64,000 nt of DNA from Neoechinorhynchus agilis. Lineage: Eukaryota; Animalia; Acanthocephala. The notes below the pieces were generated by a model. That model did not search any database, had not been told where the DNA came from, and worked only from the letters and a program-made list of their open reading frames with translations. The stretch spans positions 16,718,784 to 16,782,783 of the forward strand of contig CM121341.1 in the NCBI GenBank assembly GCA_051530055.1, in the 5' to 3' direction. The translations under genes were made by a program, and so were the position numbers. Shown here one piece after another: positions 60,040-64,000 of this stretch (positions are counted from its first letter, which is position 1; the number at the start of each line of letters is the position of its first letter).

Positions 60040-60620
60040 AGCAGTGGAAACCAACGGTCTTAAGGTAAACAGGTTGAAGACGATATGCATGGAACCGGAA
60101 GCGTTGAAGTTAGGTGTGGATTTGACGATGAGAAGAACAGTGAAATATCTTGGCAGCGAAGTAAATAGGACAAATTACCTCGAACCCGAAATAACTGCTC
60201 CTATACAAAGCGAGTAGCTCAACTGGAGGAAGATGTCTAGTGTATTATGCGACAAAAGGATCTTACCGAAACTGAAAGGCGGCTGTTCGAGACGGTGGTG
60301 CGACCAGCCATGTCATATGGCGCCGAAATTTGGACGAGCGAGCAAAGCGACCTCAGAAGATTAGAAACGAACGAGATGGGGAGGGAGCTGTTCGGCACTT
60401 GCCGCTGTTCAGAGTTGATCGTCCAAAGAAGGTTATGCCGGCACGATAAAGTTTCGAAGTGCGAAGCATATCACATACTGCGCAGCACGGAGAGACTGGA
60501 AATCGCTGACGAGGAAGGACGAGGAAACGATGGGTGGGTTGCATTAAACAGGATAAATGGCTTGTCGATGGAACCACAACTTCTCGAGAGAGAAAAAAAT
60601 ACGTGAGTGAAAAAGAGAAG
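60040..60620 (+). mobile_element. RTE-clade LINE 3' fragment
   Basis: GLKVNRLKT, YLGSEV, FETVVRPAMSYGAEIW...RRLETNEM. Confidence 0.8.
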
Positions 60621-60749
60621 AACGTGATCAATTTTGATAACACGGCGTTAACAGTTCGAATACACCGATGGATTTATGTTTGCCAATAATCAACGTGAAA
60701 GTTAATTAGGTGTACACAATCGTAGGAACCAGCAGGCTTCATTGTCAAT

Positions 60750-62728
60750 CTATTGCGTACGATTATTTTGATTTCTGCTTTTAATTATTCCATCCAAGAG
60801 TCTCAGGATATCCGTATTCTTTACAAATATACTCGGATTTTCATGCTGCTGGTCAATAAATGAAGAATTTTCGCTCTGCTGTGTCAACCAGTCGTTATTT
60901 AAGGAATCCCGGAATCCATCACGATTATCGGCCTCAAACGAATTCCCTTCTTGTGCTTCTGCTGCACTATCGCCCTCTGAAATCGCATTCAACTGAATTT
61001 GTCGGATATACTCGTCATATTCGGTCGGCTCATTCCACCACTCATAAATCTCAGCTTGAGCGTTGACGAACATACCTTCACCTTCCATAGGGTCACTTTT
61101 TATTGTCCTGGAACCTTGCTTGGCTAGGGGCGGCAACAAATCTTCTTGAATTCCAGCATCTAACGCCCTTTTATGCGAATGCGAGACTTCCTCTTTCAAA
61201 GGTGGTTCTTTTGAATTTCTATTACGCAATTGTGCGCTAGCAGCAGTTTGATCGTAGAAACTAATTGAGCCCTGTTCGTTAATACTTTCGAGCATTTGCC
61301 CAGCGTGAACCATTCGCGAGTCGTTTTTTTTGTCACATGATTTTCTCCCGAACTCCTTGGTAGAATACTCAGCCCCTGGTTCTTTTAGTTCGCTAATGGC
61401 GCCCTCGGATGGTTCCATTTTCTGTTTCTTCGCATCGGCAATTATTTGATCAATGAATGCTCCAACTTCATCTGGGTTAGTACTAGTGTTTGGCGCCGTA
61501 TTCATCCTCCGAATTGTGCATTGGTTTCTAGAAAATGGATTCGTACGGACTATCCCAGTGCCCTGATATCTCGTTGGAACACTTTCTCCGAGTGTCATTT
61601 GATTTGAGTTTGTTTGTCCAATTGTTTCGTTATTAATATTAACAAATCCTTCTTGGTTCGAGCTGTTAACATGACCTTGAAAAGTATTTCCGACTGGATT
61701 CAATACCGTAGCCGTGGATTGGTTTGCAGAATTTGGATCCGCCGGCATAGTCATAGGACCTTGCAATCCCATTGGACCACTTGCTCCGATACCCATTTGT
61801 TGTAGGCCGAAATTTGTAATATAATTTCCATTGTATGTGTGTACCGTTGGAGTATTCAGATTTGCTTGAAGGTAAGTATTATTTATTCCAATTCCATTAT
61901 TCATTTGTTGATTTGTGCCATCATAACCCCATTGTGTGTTCATGGTATTTTGAGTTATAATATTGTTTTGGTGCTGGAATTCAAATTGTTGTCCAAGAGC
62001 ATTTGGTTGAAAATTTCCGTTATATATTTGTGCTGGCTGATACCACGGATTATAGTTCATGGCAAATGTATTAGGTGGGATATTATTATAAGTTTGAGAT
62101 CTGAATTGTGGCAGCTGATTGTATCCATTGGGTGGATACAAATTTGGAGCTAATTGCTCCTGGGTACCATGGCTTTCGGTCGAAAACGGGTTGGGGAAGT
62201 CTCCAGTTCTTGTCCGTGTAGGTCGCCGTCCTCTTCCCGGTCTACGTCCGTCACGCGCTCCATTCATATTTTCCTGTCCAACCCGAGGTCGCTTTGCTGG
62301 ACGTTCCTTTATGTTGTTTGGATCGTACGTCCAATAGGATTCTCTGCAACCTGTGGCGCTTACCACCCTTACAAATTGATCATGGTGTGATAAATTGTGT
62401 CTTATCGAGTTCTAAAATTGAGATATTATTGAAGTTTTAAAAAATGAATCATGGCGATGCTCACCTTCATTTGATCGATATCTCTTTTGACGGTCATTGA
62501 TGCGAAATATTCAACATTACTAATCATCCAATTGTAGATTTCTTGTAGCGTTAGTCGCTGCTCTGCTGAGGTTGTAATCGCCAGCTGAATAAGTTCAGCA
62601 TAAGTGGCGAATCCCCAAGGATTTTGTCGTCTCCCAGGTTTCCTTACAGTCTCAGTGGCCGCCTGTTCATGTGGATTTATTGTCGCTGAGGCATTCTCGT
62701 AATTGTTTAATCGATTTAGATTGTTCAT
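60750..62728 (-). CDS. FoxO-like forkhead transcription factor; 2 coding exons (62728-62465, 62411-60750), 641 aa
   Basis: RRQNPWGFATYAELIQLAITTS...LTLQEIYNWM|NSIRHNLSHHDQFVRV...SYWTYDP. The 53-nt GTGAGC...TTTTAG intron sits at the K|NSIR position typical of FoxO genes. N/Q-rich and acidic C-terminal region. Confidence 0.85.
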
Positions 62729-63699
62729 TGAAGTTGTTTGATCCTTGAAATTTGACGTTGTTACAAAGTTTAAGAATCAACGTGAATAGACGATCTTCAA
62801 GTGTTAAGCGCAGCTTATATACTCCTGGATGTTTCTTGAAAACATTGACACCTAATCCAAGTGAAAAATATTGTATTTTTGAGTTCAAGTACACTTATAA
62901 TTCGTAGTTAGAATTTTGAAACAGTTCGCCTCAGAATAAGCAGATAAATTTAAAATTACCAGACATTAATTAGTACTCACCGAAGATCGGCGTTTTTTAG
63001 CAATTAATAAATACACACGTTGATCCTCATCAGATTTAAACACTTACACGTCTGAATGTTCTGAAGGACGGGTTGTTCCTCATCGTTTGTGAGTTTATTT
63101 GGTATAAAATTCAATAAATGAGCTGTTCGAAAGTTAAAAAGCTGTTTACTTTAAAATGGGCCTTTTTTTGATCATAGATCAAAACATTTTTGCCTCTGTC
63201 AAATTGATGATCTCGTCAATAAACACTTTGCCTTGAAAGTTGTGATGAAATCAGAAGGAAACTATAATGCTACTTTATATGGGTTTTGGCTACAATCAGT
63301 AGTCTTCAAGAAAACCAAACAATCTGCTAATCATTTTTTTAATTTTTGTTGGCGACCAGCTTAACCGCTTTAAATCAAAAATTAAGCAATTTGAAAATCA
63401 CCAACATGGAACACGGTTTGTTGCTGGAATTTCACTTTGATTAACATACTTAAATTGCACTGTTCTGAAATACTTAGAAACGCCTCTGGTTTGAACGAAG
63501 CTTTTAAACACCCAGGAATGTATAAAACTGTATTTCAATTTCACATATTTCACTTTATTAATTTATAAAGTTTACTTCCAGGTAGACATTTAAAAAATAA
63601 AGTACTATCGCACTATATTTTCCATCCGCATGATCGATCAGGTTTTTTATTGGCACTTGGACGGGCAGTTGTAGATATGAAGAAAAATCAATATTTTTG

Positions 63700-64000
63700 A
63701 GCATTCGACGTCTTACGGCTTCTTCAGAAATCTACAAAGGCACGTGGAGTTGTGAAGTGTGTTGAAGTAGCGACATCGAAACGGAAAGTTCGTCCCGCTT
63801 GTTGAGCAGTACTGTAGCTTTGCCTAGCTGATGTCCAGAACTCGCCCGCGCATTGTCCGCTAAAACGCTCGTTGCGAGGACAATCGGGACATCATTTCTC
63901 GGTCGTCGTAGCATTTTTCGAACGTGGCTAGTGAATTTTCACTCAGCGAAAATTGCGTTCACTAGCTCTATCGCCAATGATTTCTCCGTTAATGACGATG
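63700..64000 (-). mobile_element. Penelope-like element fragment, same family as 46030-47757
   Basis: Matches 46080-46200 and 46670-46890, with internal deletions. Confidence 0.75.

Noticed and set aside
63000-63090. CTGATGAGGATC on the minus strand, as a hammerhead or C/D snoRNA
   Set aside because: No GAAA after the candidate stem II and no convincing box C/D terminal stem; more likely a 5' UTR exon of the FoxO-like gene.

Overview
AT-rich genomic DNA from an animal, probably an invertebrate. The evidence is FoxO-type forkhead, RanBP2-type RanBD, eIF3h, BAF, Ig and LRR domains and 39-61 nt GT-AG introns; the species cannot be identified from the sequence. Apparently intact, nearly intronless genes are GET1/WRB (two copies), a BAF-domain protein with a long N-terminal extension, TRIT1, eIF3h, TFIIA alpha/beta, NUBP2/Cfd1, an FG-repeat RanBD nucleoporin, a FoxO-like factor and an unknown PxSHWWW protein. 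They are interleaved with many pseudogenes: LIAS x2, TRM61 x2, MTHFSD, a second forkhead gene, and a damaged micro-exon LRR gene that the ORF track cannot see. A ~5-6.5 kb segmental duplication (118-5177 vs 25235-31748) is present. Transposon debris is dense: one Mag-like Gypsy element, CRE-clade, RTE and CR1-group LINEs, Penelope-like elements (PLEs) and several MITEs. The most striking signal is a set of minimal PLE-type hammerhead ribozymes (7 recognisable cores plus a degenerate one). Several sit in tiny 150-230 bp fold-back elements flanked by their own 8-12 bp target-site duplications. One of these is a near-perfect palindrome carrying a hammerhead on each strand, inserted into an RTE LINE. 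All calls are by-eye motif recognition; no alignments or database searches were run.
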